In this document: piece by piece, positions 49,059-59,239 of the stretch
How the letters are laid out: the number at the start of each line of letters is the position of its first letter
Numbering within the stretch: position 1 is the stretch's first letter
Source: Arcobacteraceae bacterium
GTDB lineage: Bacteria > Campylobacterota > Campylobacteria > Campylobacterales > Arcobacteraceae
Assembly: GCA_963662945.1 (NCBI GenBank)
Contig: OY759974.1
Location: 2,272,001-2,336,000, forward strand
Length of the DNA stretch: 64,000 nt
Reading direction: 5' to 3'
Translations under genes and position numbers: made by a program
The notes under the pieces: generated by a model
The model's database searches: none
Seen by the model: only the letters and a program-made list of their open reading frames with translations
Told to the model about the DNA's origin: nothing

Positions 49059-49528
49059 CTTTACAGACAGATGACAGATATAAAATGGTTGAAAAAACGA
49101 TGAAAAAGTTGGGGTATGATAGAAGTGCTTTAATTGAAACACTGCATACAGCACAAGAAACTTTCGGATATTTAGAGAATGAAACTTTAAAGTTTATCGC
49201 TAGAAGATTAAAATTACCATTTTCAAAAGTATATGGTGTTGCAACGTTTTACCATTTTTTTAGGCTTAAACCAAAAGGGAAACATACGGCAGTTGTTTGT
49301 ATGGGAACAGCTTGTTATATAAAAGGTGCCACTGCTATTTTAGAAAGCTTAGAAAGTAGATTTGGTATTAAAGCTGGAGAAACTACAAAAGATGCTTTAA
49401 TCTCTGTTTTAACTGCTCGTTGTGTTGGGTCATGTTCTCTAGCACCAGTTGCCATATATGATAATAAATCTGTAGGAAAACTTACCCTAGAAGAAGCAGA
49501 AAAAACTATACAGGAGCTTATCAGATGA
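49055..49528 (+). CDS. hoxE: Bidirectional hydrogenase diaphorase subunit E
   Basis: GVATFYH, CMGTAC, CVGSC (NuoE-like). Confidence 0.88.
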   Translation: MTLQTDDRYKMVEKTMKKLGYDRSALIETLHTAQETFGYLENETLKFIARRLKLPFSKVYGVATFYHFFRLKPKGKHTAVVCMGTACYIKGATAILESLESRFGIKAGETTKDALISVLTARCVGSCSLAPVAIYDNKSVGKLTLEEAEKTIQELIR

Positions 49529-51144
49529 TACAATCATTAGAAGATTTAGAAGAGATAGCTAATAAGAAAAAATGTACTGAACAAAGTTGTAAAGATGAAC
49601 TAAGAATTTGTATAGGGAGTAGTTGTGCAGCTTTAGGTTCTCAAGAGATGCAAAAATCTTTAACTAAAAAAGTAAAAGAGAAAGAGTTACAAACGAAATG
49701 TAAAGTAAAAGGTGTAGGATGTAATGGCTTATGTTCTGCTGCAATTATGGTATCTTCTTATGATAAGTCTAATAATAAAGAAGTGATTTATGGTGGTATA
49801 GAGACTACTGATGAGGATAGATTATTAGATTTAGTTGAAAATAATGTCGAGTTAACAGATAAACTTCTTGATACAAATACACCATTTTTTACACAACAAA
49901 AGAAAATTGTATTAGAAAATGCAGGTATTATTGATCCAAATGATATTGATGATTATATTGCACATGATGGTTATAGAGCATTATTTACAGCATTAGAAGA
50001 GATGACACCGATAGAAGTTATAGAAGAGGTAAAAATATCAGGACTTCGAGGTAGAGGTGGAGGAGGGTATCCTACAGGATTAAAGTGGGAAACTGTCTTA
50101 AAAGTTGAAAGTGACCAAAAGTATATTGTATGTAATGGTGATGAGGGAGACCCAGGGGCTTTTATGGATAGAGCAGTAATGGAAGCAGATCCACATAAGA
50201 TACTTGAAGGTATGGCAATTGCTGGATTTGCTTGTGGAGCTAGTAAAGGCTTTATATATGTAAGAGCAGAATACCCAATAGCAGTTGAAAAATTAAATAA
50301 AGCAATAACACAAGCAAGACAAAAAGGTATCTTAGGAAATAAGATTGCAAATAGTAATTTTGATTTTGATATAGAGATACGACTTGGTGGTGGAGCCTTT
50401 GTATGTGGTGAAGCAACAGCATTGGTAGCTTCTATTGAGGGAAATAGGGGAAATCCTAGACAAAAACCACCACATTTAAGTGATTATGGTCTTTGGGGTG
50501 AACCTACTATTTTAAACAATGTGGAAACATTTGCAAACATAGCACCAATTATAAGAAATGGTGGAGAATGGTATAAAGCAATAGGAACTGAAAAATCAAG
50601 TGGTACAAAAGTATTTGCTTTAACTGGACATATTCAAAATACTGGATTGGTTGAAGTACCTATGGGTATTTCCTTACGAGATTTAATTGAAAAAATTGGT
50701 GGTGGCGTTCCAAATGGTGGCAAACTTAAAGCTATTCAAACTGGAGGACCAAGTGGAGGTTGTATTCCTGATGAGATGCTTGATATTCCGGTAGATTATG
50801 ATTCCTTGAAGGCTGTAGGTTCTATTATGGGAAGTGGTGGACTTATTGTTATGGATGAGAGTTCAAATATGGTTGAGGTAGCACGATTTTTTATGGACTT
50901 TAGTAAAAGTGAGTCTTGTGGAAAATGTGTACCTTGTAGAGTTGGAACTACAGAACTAACAGAACTTCTTGACAAGTTTATTAAAAAAGAGGCAAAACAA
51001 AGTGATTTTGAACTTTTAAAAGAGATGTGTGTAGTTGTAAAAGATGCAAGTCTTTGTGGTCTTGGACAAACAGCACCAAATCCTGTATTAAGTACTATTA
51101 AGTATTTTGAAAAAGAGTATTTAGAAGGAATCAAAAATGATTAG
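49525..51144 (+). CDS. hoxF: Bidirectional hydrogenase diaphorase subunit F
   Basis: N-terminal 2Fe-2S Cys; GRGGGG, NGDEGDPG, CGEAT, CGKCVPC...C. Confidence 0.9.
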   Translation: MIQSLEDLEEIANKKKCTEQSCKDELRICIGSSCAALGSQEMQKSLTKKVKEKELQTKCKVKGVGCNGLCSAAIMVSSYDKSNNKEVIYGGIETTDEDRLLDLVENNVELTDKLLDTNTPFFTQQKKIVLENAGIIDPNDIDDYIAHDGYRALFTALEEMTPIEVIEEVKISGLRGRGGGGYPTGLKWETVLKVESDQKYIVCNGDEGDPGAFMDRAVMEADPHKILEGMAIAGFACGASKGFIYVRAEYPIAVEKLNKAITQARQKGILGNKIANSNFDFDIEIRLGGGAFVCGEATALVASIEGNRGNPRQKPPHLSDYGLWGEPTILNNVETFANIAPIIRNGGEWYKAIGTEKSSGTKVFALTGHIQNTGLVEVPMGISLRDLIEKIGGGVPNGGKLKAIQTGGPSGGCIPDEMLDIPVDYDSLKAVGSIMGSGGLIVMDESSNMVEVARFFMDFSKSESCGKCVPCRVGTTELTELLDKFIKKEAKQSDFELLKEMCVVVKDASLCGLGQTAPNPVLSTIKYFEKEYLEGIKND

Positions 51145-51856
51145 AGAAAAAGCTAGAGTAAAAACCTTTAAAATAGATGATATAGATGTTACTGGAAGAT
51201 CAAATAGTACAATCTTAGAGATAGCAAATGAACATAATATCAAGATACCAACTTTGTGTTATCTAGAAGGATTAAGCTGTGTTGGTGCATGTAGAATGTG
51301 TTTGATTGAAGTAAAAGGAAGTTCTAAACTAATACCAGCTTGTACTGCAAAGATTAAAGAAGGAATGGAAGTTATTACAAATTCTCCAAGAATAGAAAAA
51401 CACAGAAAAATGATACTTTCTATGATATTTGCAGAAAGAACTCATACGTGTAGCGTGTGTGTCTCAAATGGTCATTGTGAGTTACAAGATTTATCTGTTG
51501 AGTTAAATTTAGAACATAGTGTTGTTCCATATATTCATAAAAATTTTGATATTGATGCTTCCCATAAAGATTATATGTATGATCCAAATAGATGTATTTT
51601 ATGTACTCGATGTGTAAGAGTATGTGATGAGGTTGAAGGTGCTCATGCTTTAGATATCTTAGGGCGTGGAATTGATTCAAAAATTATTCATGATATGAAT
51701 GAGCCTTGGATCGATAGTGAAAGTTGTACAAGTTGTGGAAAATGTGTTCAAGTGTGTCCAACTGGTTCACTGTTTGAAAAAGGTGTTAGTGCAACAGAGA
51801 TGGTGAAAAAGAAAAATATAGTTACAAACTTAATCCAAATGAGGAAAGATAGATGA
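51137..51856 (+). CDS. hoxU: Bidirectional hydrogenase subunit U
   Basis: IPTLC, CRMC, HTCSVC, CILCTRC, CTSCGKC. Confidence 0.9.
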   Translation: MIREKARVKTFKIDDIDVTGRSNSTILEIANEHNIKIPTLCYLEGLSCVGACRMCLIEVKGSSKLIPACTAKIKEGMEVITNSPRIEKHRKMILSMIFAERTHTCSVCVSNGHCELQDLSVELNLEHSVVPYIHKNFDIDASHKDYMYDPNRCILCTRCVRVCDEVEGAHALDILGRGIDSKIIHDMNEPWIDSESCTSCGKCVQVCPTGSLFEKGVSATEMVKKKNIVTNLIQMRKDR

Positions 51857-52389
51857 AAAAGTTGCGAGTAGGAACTATTTGGCTTGATGGATGTTCTGGA
51901 TGTCATATGTCTTTTTTAGATATGGATGAAAGACTAGTTGAATTATCACAATATATGGATGTGGTCTACAGTCCGTATGTGGATGCAAAAGAGATACCAA
52001 GTGATATTGATCTGTTTATCGTTGAGGGTGCTTTAAGTACAGACCATGATATTAAAATTATTAAAGAGATTAGAAAAAATTCTAAATTGATTTTAGCATT
52101 AGGTGATTGTGCCGTTACTGGAAATATTTCAGCTATGAAAAATCTTTTTGGAACAGATGCTGTTTTAGAGAAAGGATATTTTGATTTAGCAGATGAAAAT
52201 AAAGGGCAATATCCAAGTGAAGTTGTACCAACACTTTTAGATAAAGTTATCCCCCTAAACGAAGCTATTGATGTAGATTATTTTGTGCCAGGTTGTCCAA
52301 CTCCTGCTGATGCAATCTATGAAGTTATAAAAGCGATTATTGAAAATAGAGAGATAAAAATAAGTGATTATACAAGGTTTGGTAAATAA
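51853..52389 (+). CDS. hoxY: [NiFe] hydrogenase small subunit Y
   Basis: GCSGC, GDCA, PGCP. Confidence 0.9.
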   Translation: MKKLRVGTIWLDGCSGCHMSFLDMDERLVELSQYMDVVYSPYVDAKEIPSDIDLFIVEGALSTDHDIKIIKEIRKNSKLILALGDCAVTGNISAMKNLFGTDAVLEKGYFDLADENKGQYPSEVVPTLLDKVIPLNEAIDVDYFVPGCPTPADAIYEVIKAIIENREIKISDYTRFGK

Positions 52390-52390
52390 T

Positions 52391-53821
52391 ATGGAAAAGA
52401 AAAAAATAGTAATCAGCCCCGTAACAAGAATAGAAGGTCATGCAAAAATCACAATAGACTTAAATGAACAAGGAAGTGTTGATGATGCAAGAATCCATGT
52501 GACACAGTACCGTGGTTTTGAGAAGATGTGTGAAGGTCGTCCTTATACAGAGATGCCAGCACTTACAGCTCGTACATGTGGTATTTGTCCTGTGAGTCAT
52601 GTTATCTCTTCTACAAAAGCATGTGATAATCTTCTTGCAGTTCGTCCACCTAAGGCTGCTAGAAATTTAAGAAGAATTATAAATTTAGCACAAATTATTC
52701 AATCTCACGCTTTGAATTTTTACCATTTAAGTAGTCCTGATTTTGTGTATGGATTTGATGCAGCTCCTGAAGATAGAAATATCTTTAAACTGATGCAGAC
52801 ACATCCTGATATGGCAAAAGATGGGATAGCATTAAGAGCTTTTGGACAAAAGATTATTGAAGAACTTGGTGGAAAAAGAATACATCCAACGTGGATAGTT
52901 CCAGGTGGAGTAAGTCACAAAATTACACAAGAACAAAAAGATAATATATTGGCACAAATTCCACACGCTATGGAGATAGCACAAAAAACATTGAAATACT
53001 TTGTTGAAAATCTTCATAAATTTCAAAAAGAGATTGAGAGTTTTGCTTCATTTCCATCCTTATTTATGGGACTTGTCAATAAAAAAGGAAATTTAGAACA
53101 CTATGATGGATTTTTACGATTTATTGATAGTGAGGGAAAAGTGTTAGAAGATGGTGTTGATCCAATATCATATAAAGATTATATTGGAGAAGCAGTTGAA
53201 AAAGATAGTTATTTAAAATCTCCATACTATAAACCACTAGGATATCCAAATGGTATGTATAGAGTTGGACCATTAGCAAGACTGAATGTAGCAAATGCTT
53301 GTGGCACACCATTAGCTGATAAGGAGTTTGAAAGATTCAAAAACTTAAATAATGGGAAGCCAGTGTTAAACTCTTTTTATTATCATTATGCAAGAATTAT
53401 TGAGATTATTTACGGTATTGAGAGAATAGAAGAGTTATTAAATGAACCAGAAACATTAAGTGATAATATTCGTTCTCATGCAGATATAAATAGAAATAAA
53501 GGTGTAGGTTGTAGTGAAGCACCGAGGGGAACTTTGTTTCATGATTATGAAGTAACTAATGATGGAATTATTACAGGGGTGAATCTTATTATTGCTACAG
53601 GAAACAATAATCTTGCTATGAATGCAGGGTTAAAACAAGTGGCACAGACATTTGTAGATGGAAACAATATTACAGATGGAGCTTTAAACAGAGTAGAAGC
53701 TGTAATAAGATGTTTTGATCCTTGTTTAAGTTGTTCAACTCATGCAACAGGAATTGTAACTTCAAGAATAGAAGTGAGAGACCACAATAAACAAATTATA
53801 GATGTAATACATAGGAATTAA
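52391..53821 (+). CDS. hoxH: [NiFe] hydrogenase large subunit H (group 3d)
   Basis: TRIEGH, RTCGICP, DPCLSCSTH plus 25-aa cleavable tail; ATG at 52391. Confidence 0.92.
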   Translation: MEKKKIVISPVTRIEGHAKITIDLNEQGSVDDARIHVTQYRGFEKMCEGRPYTEMPALTARTCGICPVSHVISSTKACDNLLAVRPPKAARNLRRIINLAQIIQSHALNFYHLSSPDFVYGFDAAPEDRNIFKLMQTHPDMAKDGIALRAFGQKIIEELGGKRIHPTWIVPGGVSHKITQEQKDNILAQIPHAMEIAQKTLKYFVENLHKFQKEIESFASFPSLFMGLVNKKGNLEHYDGFLRFIDSEGKVLEDGVDPISYKDYIGEAVEKDSYLKSPYYKPLGYPNGMYRVGPLARLNVANACGTPLADKEFERFKNLNNGKPVLNSFYYHYARIIEIIYGIERIEELLNEPETLSDNIRSHADINRNKGVGCSEAPRGTLFHDYEVTNDGIITGVNLIIATGNNNLAMNAGLKQVAQTFVDGNNITDGALNRVEAVIRCFDPCLSCSTHATGIVTSRIEVRDHNKQIIDVIHRN

Positions 53822-53825
53822 AAGT

Positions 53826-54245
53826 TTGAGAGTTATTGTTGGTTTTGGAAATGATTTAAGAGGTGAAGATGGTTTTGGAGTTGATGTGATAAAAGAACTT
53901 CAAAAATATACTTTAGCAAATACAAAACTAATAAGTATTTTTCAACTTACACCTGAGTTGGCACTTGATTTAAAAGATTATGATGAAATTATATTTTTAG
54001 ATGCAGCTTATAGTGAAACAGAACATTATGCATTAGCTTGTAATCTTGAAAAAAATTATAATAATAGTAGTATTACACATCATATTAGTATTTTTATGAT
54101 TGTTAATATTTTAAATAATCTTTATAATCATTTTCCTAAATTTACAGTATATTCTATGCTAACTAATAGCTTTGAGAACATCAAAAGTGAAAAAGAATAT
54201 CAAAAAAACATAAAAACTATAGTAAAACATATAAAAAACTTATAA
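53826..54245 (+). CDS. hoxW: Hydrogenase maturation protease
   Basis: GFGNDLRGEDGFG, DAA, THH. Confidence 0.82.
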   Translation: MRVIVGFGNDLRGEDGFGVDVIKELQKYTLANTKLISIFQLTPELALDLKDYDEIIFLDAAYSETEHYALACNLEKNYNNSSITHHISIFMIVNILNNLYNHFPKFTVYSMLTNSFENIKSEKEYQKNIKTIVKHIKNL

Positions 54246-54309
54246 TATAAGTCTTTTTTAAGACTATATAATGCTATAATGACGCTCATTAATTTTATAA
54301 AGGAAAAAA

Positions 54310-54582
54310 ATGAACAAAACAGAATTAATTGAAGCTATTGCTTCAAAGTCAGGGTTAACAAAAAAAGATGCAGGTCTTGCACTTGATGCAACATTAGTAA
54401 GTATAACAGATGCACTTGTAAAAGGTGATAGCGTTCAACTTATTGGTTTTGGTACATTTAGTACTTCTAAAAGAGCTGCTAGAGAAGGTAGAAACCCATC
54501 AACTGGTGCTACTATGAAAATAGCTGCATCTACAGTAGCAAAATTTAAAGTAGGTGCAAAATTAAAAGACGCAGTTAAATAA
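54310..54582 (+). CDS. hup: DNA-binding protein HU
   Basis: MNKTELI, GFGTF, GRNPSTG. Confidence 0.95.
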   Translation: MNKTELIEAIASKSGLTKKDAGLALDATLVSITDALVKGDSVQLIGFGTFSTSKRAAREGRNPSTGATMKIAASTVAKFKVGAKLKDAVK

Positions 54583-54599
54583 TTTAACTCTCTTCTAAT

Positions 54600-54637
54600 A
54601 AAAAAGGCCTCTTCAAAATTGAAGAGGCCTTTTTTTT
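54600..54637. terminator. Bidirectional intrinsic terminator
   Basis: A6-GGCCTCTTCAA-AA-TTGAAGAGGCC-T8. Confidence 0.9.
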
Positions 54638-54645
54638 AATGACTA

Positions 54646-55990
54646 CTAAATATCTGACATAATTGTATTGATATCTTTTTTAGTTATATTTGTTTGTAAA
54701 ACTTTATCCCAAGTTTTATTTTCTGCTTTATTTATAATTGAGTATTGAAAATTATTTGAATATTTGTAAATTTTTTTATTTCCATATCTAGATTCTAAGA
54801 TTAAAGGAGGAAGGTTTTGTTTATAAAAATATGCTAATGCAATATTCTCTTCTGATATTTCATTCTTTGAAATTTTCAAAGGTTTATCCATAGATATAAT
54901 TTTTAATTTATTAGGTGATATTCCTAATTTTACTAAGAATAAATATTTTAATAGGGCATATTCTTCACTATCTCCATATCCAGTTCCTATAAACTCTAAA
55001 GGTGTAGACCAATAGTTGTTCTTTTTCCAATGTTTGTTATCGCTTAAAAAATGAAGATTATTTACTAATTAATGTACTTTTACAAGTTTATAGACGTTAT
55101 CTTTTTTTACGAGTTGCTCTAGGTTGTTATTGACAAAATCAAGTCTTACAATAGCTTTATTCCCATATTTTCTATTATATGCAATTAAAGTTTCACTATT
55201 TAATGAAATCATATAAAAGTAGTTTGACTGTAAATCAGTATTTTTAGCCATACTTTTTAATTTATCAATATCATTAGAATCTTTTTTCCCAATAATAAGA
55301 CTTTTTATAGCATAAGTTTTTATATCATTATGAAGAAAAGTATATGTTGATTTAGAAAGAGTGGTTGTATGGATATGTTTGTTAGTGGTTATCTCTTTAT
55401 CAACTTCTAATAATTTTAAATTTTGGTATTTTAATAGTAAACTTGATGGTGCTCTAGTTACATAAAAAACAACATCAATTTTTCCTTTTTCAAGTAAATC
55501 TAATCCTTCTTTGATGGAAAGTTCTAATGTTTTTCCAAATTCAATATTATAATTTTGTTCAACATAAGCAGCAGTAACACTATTACCACTTTTTTTACCA
55601 CCACAAACCATTGTTTTCCCATTTAAATCTTCAATAGTATTAATTTTACTTTTTTTATTTACAATAATATGGAGAGTTTCTTCATAATCTTCATTGAGTA
55701 TTTCAACTAAATCACTTGCTTTCTTATTATATTGTTTATAAAAAATATCTAACATTGCCAAAGCATCTGATTGTACTATTGCTACATCTGCTTTTTTTTT
55801 CTGCAATTAAAAGCATATTTTCTACAGAACCTGATGTTGTGATAACTTTAGCTTTTCCATCAAATAGTTTTTGATTAAGTTCTAAACCAACTTTATAATA
55901 ATTTCCAGTTTTTTCGCCTGTTGCAATTATTTTGTCATTTGCTTGTAAAAATACAAAAGTCAAAAAAAAGAAAATGATTCCATACCTCAT
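54646..55990 (-). pseudogene. Broken fusion of a TAXI-like periplasmic binding domain and a degenerate LapG/BTLCP domain
   Basis: One extra A in an A9 run (55792-55800) splits the TAXI part. In-frame TAA at 55069-55071 is followed by an open frame (LVNNLHFLSD...YWSTPLEF...GDSEEYALLKY) that joins the 54646-54891 ORF. Confidence 0.8.
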
Positions 55991-56019
55991 TGATTTCCTT
56001 TAATGTAAAATTTTAATCA

Positions 56020-57201
56020 TTATAATTTTATCGTAATAATAAATTTTACTCCATTTTCAATATTTTCTACATTAATTGAGGCATTAATCTTTTCTAAAAT
56101 CAATTTTGAGATATGAAGTCCAATACCTGTTCCTTCGTTATGTGATTTTGTTGTAAAGTTAGGGATAAAGACTTTATCCAAAATTTCAGGAGCTATTCCT
56201 CCCGCGTTGTCTTGTGTTGAGAGTTGAATGCAATCTTCATATTTTTTTACATCAATAAGTATTTTTCTATTTTTTATGTTTCTTTCAATAAATGCATCTT
56301 TGGAATTTGTAATAAGATTAAGTAAAACGTGTTTAAATTCATTTAAAATGATATCTATAGTAATACTAGTATCACCTGTTATCTCAATTGAGATATTGTG
56401 TTTTATAAGTTCATCTTTAACTAACGTTGTGACAGATTGTAAAAGATTTTTAATTGATACATTACTTCTTTTTGTATCTATTCTAAAAAAGTCTTTAAAT
56501 TCATTAATTGTACTTAAAGCATGTTCAACTTGATTATTTATACTTTCTAAAGATTCTTGAAGATAACTTTTATCTAAATCATTGTGTATTAGTTCATTTT
56601 GAACCGATTGTGTTCTTAGTTTAATAATAGATAATGGTTGTTTGAATTGATGTGCAATACTATCGATCATTTCCCCCATTGCAGCAAATTTTTCTCGTTC
56701 TTGTATAAATTTATTTTTTTCAAGAACTTCTTCTAATTGTTCCTGAACTTTGTGTTCTAAATAGAGATTATATTCTTCTAGTTTCTTTTTATTTTTTATT
56801 TTTTCAACACTTTTATATATTAGCGCTGTAAATTGCTGAAAGTCTAAAGGTTTAATAATATAACCATCTATACCAAGTTTTATTGTTTCTATAAAATATT
56901 CTGGTTTAATATATGCCGATAATATCAATATAACTACATCTGAAGACATCTTTCTAATTTCTGAAATCATGTTGATCCCATTCATATTTGGCATATCTAT
57001 ATCAGAAATGATAAGATCAAATGAAGTGTTTTTGAATTTTTCTAAAGCATCGATTCCATCATTAGCAGTAGTTATATTTGTAAAAAATTCAGATAAAATA
57101 TCAATTGTAATTAGTTGTAAGTTTTCATCATCTTCTACATACAGTATATTAAGATGATTACTAAAGTTTTTTACTTTAATTAGTTTTTCCATATTTATCA
57201 T
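56020..57201 (-). CDS. Cytoplasmic hybrid protein: receiver domain plus histidine kinase
   Basis: YVEDD, SDIDMP, KP; IAHQFKQP, DNAGG, GTGIGL. Confidence 0.9.
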   Translation of the reverse strand: MINMEKLIKVKNFSNHLNILYVEDDENLQLITIDILSEFFTNITTANDGIDALEKFKNTSFDLIISDIDMPNMNGINMISEIRKMSSDVVILILSAYIKPEYFIETIKLGIDGYIIKPLDFQQFTALIYKSVEKIKNKKKLEEYNLYLEHKVQEQLEEVLEKNKFIQEREKFAAMGEMIDSIAHQFKQPLSIIKLRTQSVQNELIHNDLDKSYLQESLESINNQVEHALSTINEFKDFFRIDTKRSNVSIKNLLQSVTTLVKDELIKHNISIEITGDTSITIDIILNEFKHVLLNLITNSKDAFIERNIKNRKILIDVKKYEDCIQLSTQDNAGGIAPEILDKVFIPNFTTKSHNEGTGIGLHISKLILEKINASINVENIENGVKFIITIKL

Positions 57202-57292
57202 TATTAATATCCTTTTTTAAGCAAAATATAATGTTTTGAAAATATAACATAAATTCTGTTAATATAAAGAAAAAAAAGATACAATTCGTCTG

Positions 57293-59239
57293 ATGAAAAA
57301 AACACTATTAGCAATAACATGTATTCTAATTTTATTTGTACTAATAAACTATAATTATTATCAAACTAAAATAGAAGAAAAAAATATTGAAATTTATAAA
57401 ACTAACACTAAAAAAATCAAAAATATCTTTAGAGAACTCGTTGCACATAAACAAGGAAGAACAGCTGCAATAACCTATATCCTTAGTCAAGATACAAAAA
57501 TAATAGAAGCCTTAGTTACAAATGATAATTCTCTTATCAATTATACAGATACAATTAAGGGAATAGAACAATATGATAATTATAAAAACTTATGGATACA
57601 AATTATAGATAAAAATGGAAAAAGTTTCTATAGAAGTTGGACACACCATGTTGGAGATAGTGTAACAGCAGTACGAGATGATATAGTGTCAATGATAAAA
57701 AATCCAAGAGCTATGAATCAAATAAGCACTGGTAGATTTGATATGACATTTAAAACAATTCTTCCTTTATATAAAGGGAAAGAGTTTGTTGGGATGATGG
57801 AAACAATTTCTCATTTTAATTCAATTGCAGATGAATTGAATTTAATGGGTATCAACAGTGTTATGCTTGCCGATAAAAGTTATAAAAAAAGATTTATAGA
57901 ACCATTAACGGGATTATTTATTCATGATTATTATGTTGTAAATAAAGATGCATCAAAAGAGTTAATGAATCTTATTAACAATCATGGAATTGATAAATTT
58001 ATCAATAATAAAGATTATTTTATATTAAAGAACTATTTAGTAGTAACAGATGAAATTAAAAATATTGAAAATAAGCCTATGGGATATTTTATACTTTTTA
58101 AAAATTTAGATGATATTGATATGTCTCAAATTCATGAGTTTAAAATATCTTATTTTAAATTGTTAATAATATTAGGTGTTTTTACTACTCTTTTATTATT
58201 ACTTTATATCAATAGAAAGTTTGTGAAAGCTTTAAATAAAGAAGTTCGACAAAAAACAAATAAAATAAATAAACAAAAAGAGTATTTAAAGTCATTGCTA
58301 GAAATATATGATAAACATGTCATTTTTTCAAAAACAGATTTAAGTGGAGTGATTACCCATGTAAGTGAAGCTTTTTGTAAAATAAGTGGATATACAAAAG
58401 AAGAACTTATAGGACATAATCATAATATTATTCGACATCCAGATATGCCAAGTATTACCTTTACGTATTTATGGGAAGAGTTAAAAAAAGAAAATAGAGT
58501 TAATCTCGAGGTGAAGAACCTTAAAAAAGATGGTGGATATTATTGGGTTGATGCGGAAATAGAACCAGAATATGATAAAGAGGGTATCCTTATAGGTTAT
58601 AACGCTGTAAGGGAAAATATTACGGCAAATAAGGATATTGAAGATATTCAAAAAGAGATTATTTTTACTATGGGATCTATAGGAGAAAGTAGAAGTAAAG
58701 AAACAGGAAACCACGTACGAAGAGTTGCAGAGTATTCAAAATTATTAGCGACTCTGTATGGCTTAAATGAAGAAGAGTGTGAAATATTAAAACAAGCAAG
58801 TCCAATGCATGATATTGGAAAAGTTGCAATTCCTGACTCTATACTTAATAAAGCTGGTATTCTTGATGATGAAGAGATGTTCATAATGAAAACACATGTT
58901 GATAAAGGTTATGAAATGTTAAAAACATCAGATAGACCTTTGTTAAAAACAGCAGCAATCGTAGCATTAGAACATCATGAAAGATGGGATGGAAATGGTT
59001 ATCCAAAAGGGCTAAAAGAAGAAAACATTAGTATTTATGGAAGAATAACAGCTATTGCAGATGTTTTTGATGCATTAGGTAGTGATAGATGTTATAAAAA
59101 AGCTTGGAATGATGATGCGATTTTTCAATATTTTCAAGAAGAAAAGGGAAAACACTTTGATCCAAAATTAGTAGAATTATTTTTTGATAACTTAGAACAG
59201 TTTCTAGAAATTCGAGAGATTTATAAAGATAAACTCTAA
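57293..59239 (+). CDS. Membrane HD-GYP phosphodiesterase with Cache-like sensor and PAS domain
   Basis: Two TM; PAS (SGYTKEELIG, RHPDMP); HVRRV, HDIGK, HHERWDGNGYP. Confidence 0.92.
   Translation: MKKTLLAITCILILFVLINYNYYQTKIEEKNIEIYKTNTKKIKNIFRELVAHKQGRTAAITYILSQDTKIIEALVTNDNSLINYTDTIKGIEQYDNYKNLWIQIIDKNGKSFYRSWTHHVGDSVTAVRDDIVSMIKNPRAMNQISTGRFDMTFKTILPLYKGKEFVGMMETISHFNSIADELNLMGINSVMLADKSYKKRFIEPLTGLFIHDYYVVNKDASKELMNLINNHGIDKFINNKDYFILKNYLVVTDEIKNIENKPMGYFILFKNLDDIDMSQIHEFKISYFKLLIILGVFTTLLLLLYINRKFVKALNKEVRQKTNKINKQKEYLKSLLEIYDKHVIFSKTDLSGVITHVSEAFCKISGYTKEELIGHNHNIIRHPDMPSITFTYLWEELKKENRVNLEVKNLKKDGGYYWVDAEIEPEYDKEGILIGYNAVRENITANKDIEDIQKEIIFTMGSIGESRSKETGNHVRRVAEYSKLLATLYGLNEEECEILKQASPMHDIGKVAIPDSILNKAGILDDEEMFIMKTHVDKGYEMLKTSDRPLLKTAAIVALEHHERWDGNGYPKGLKEENISIYGRITAIADVFDALGSDRCYKKAWNDDAIFQYFQEEKGKHFDPKLVELFFDNLEQFLEIREIYKDKL

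Noticed and set aside
55792-55800. A9 run as a working phase-variation switch
   Set aside because: Campylobacterota contingency tracts are typically poly-G/C, A-runs are common in this genome, and a second lesion (in-frame TAA) favours decay or sequencing error. Not fully excluded.
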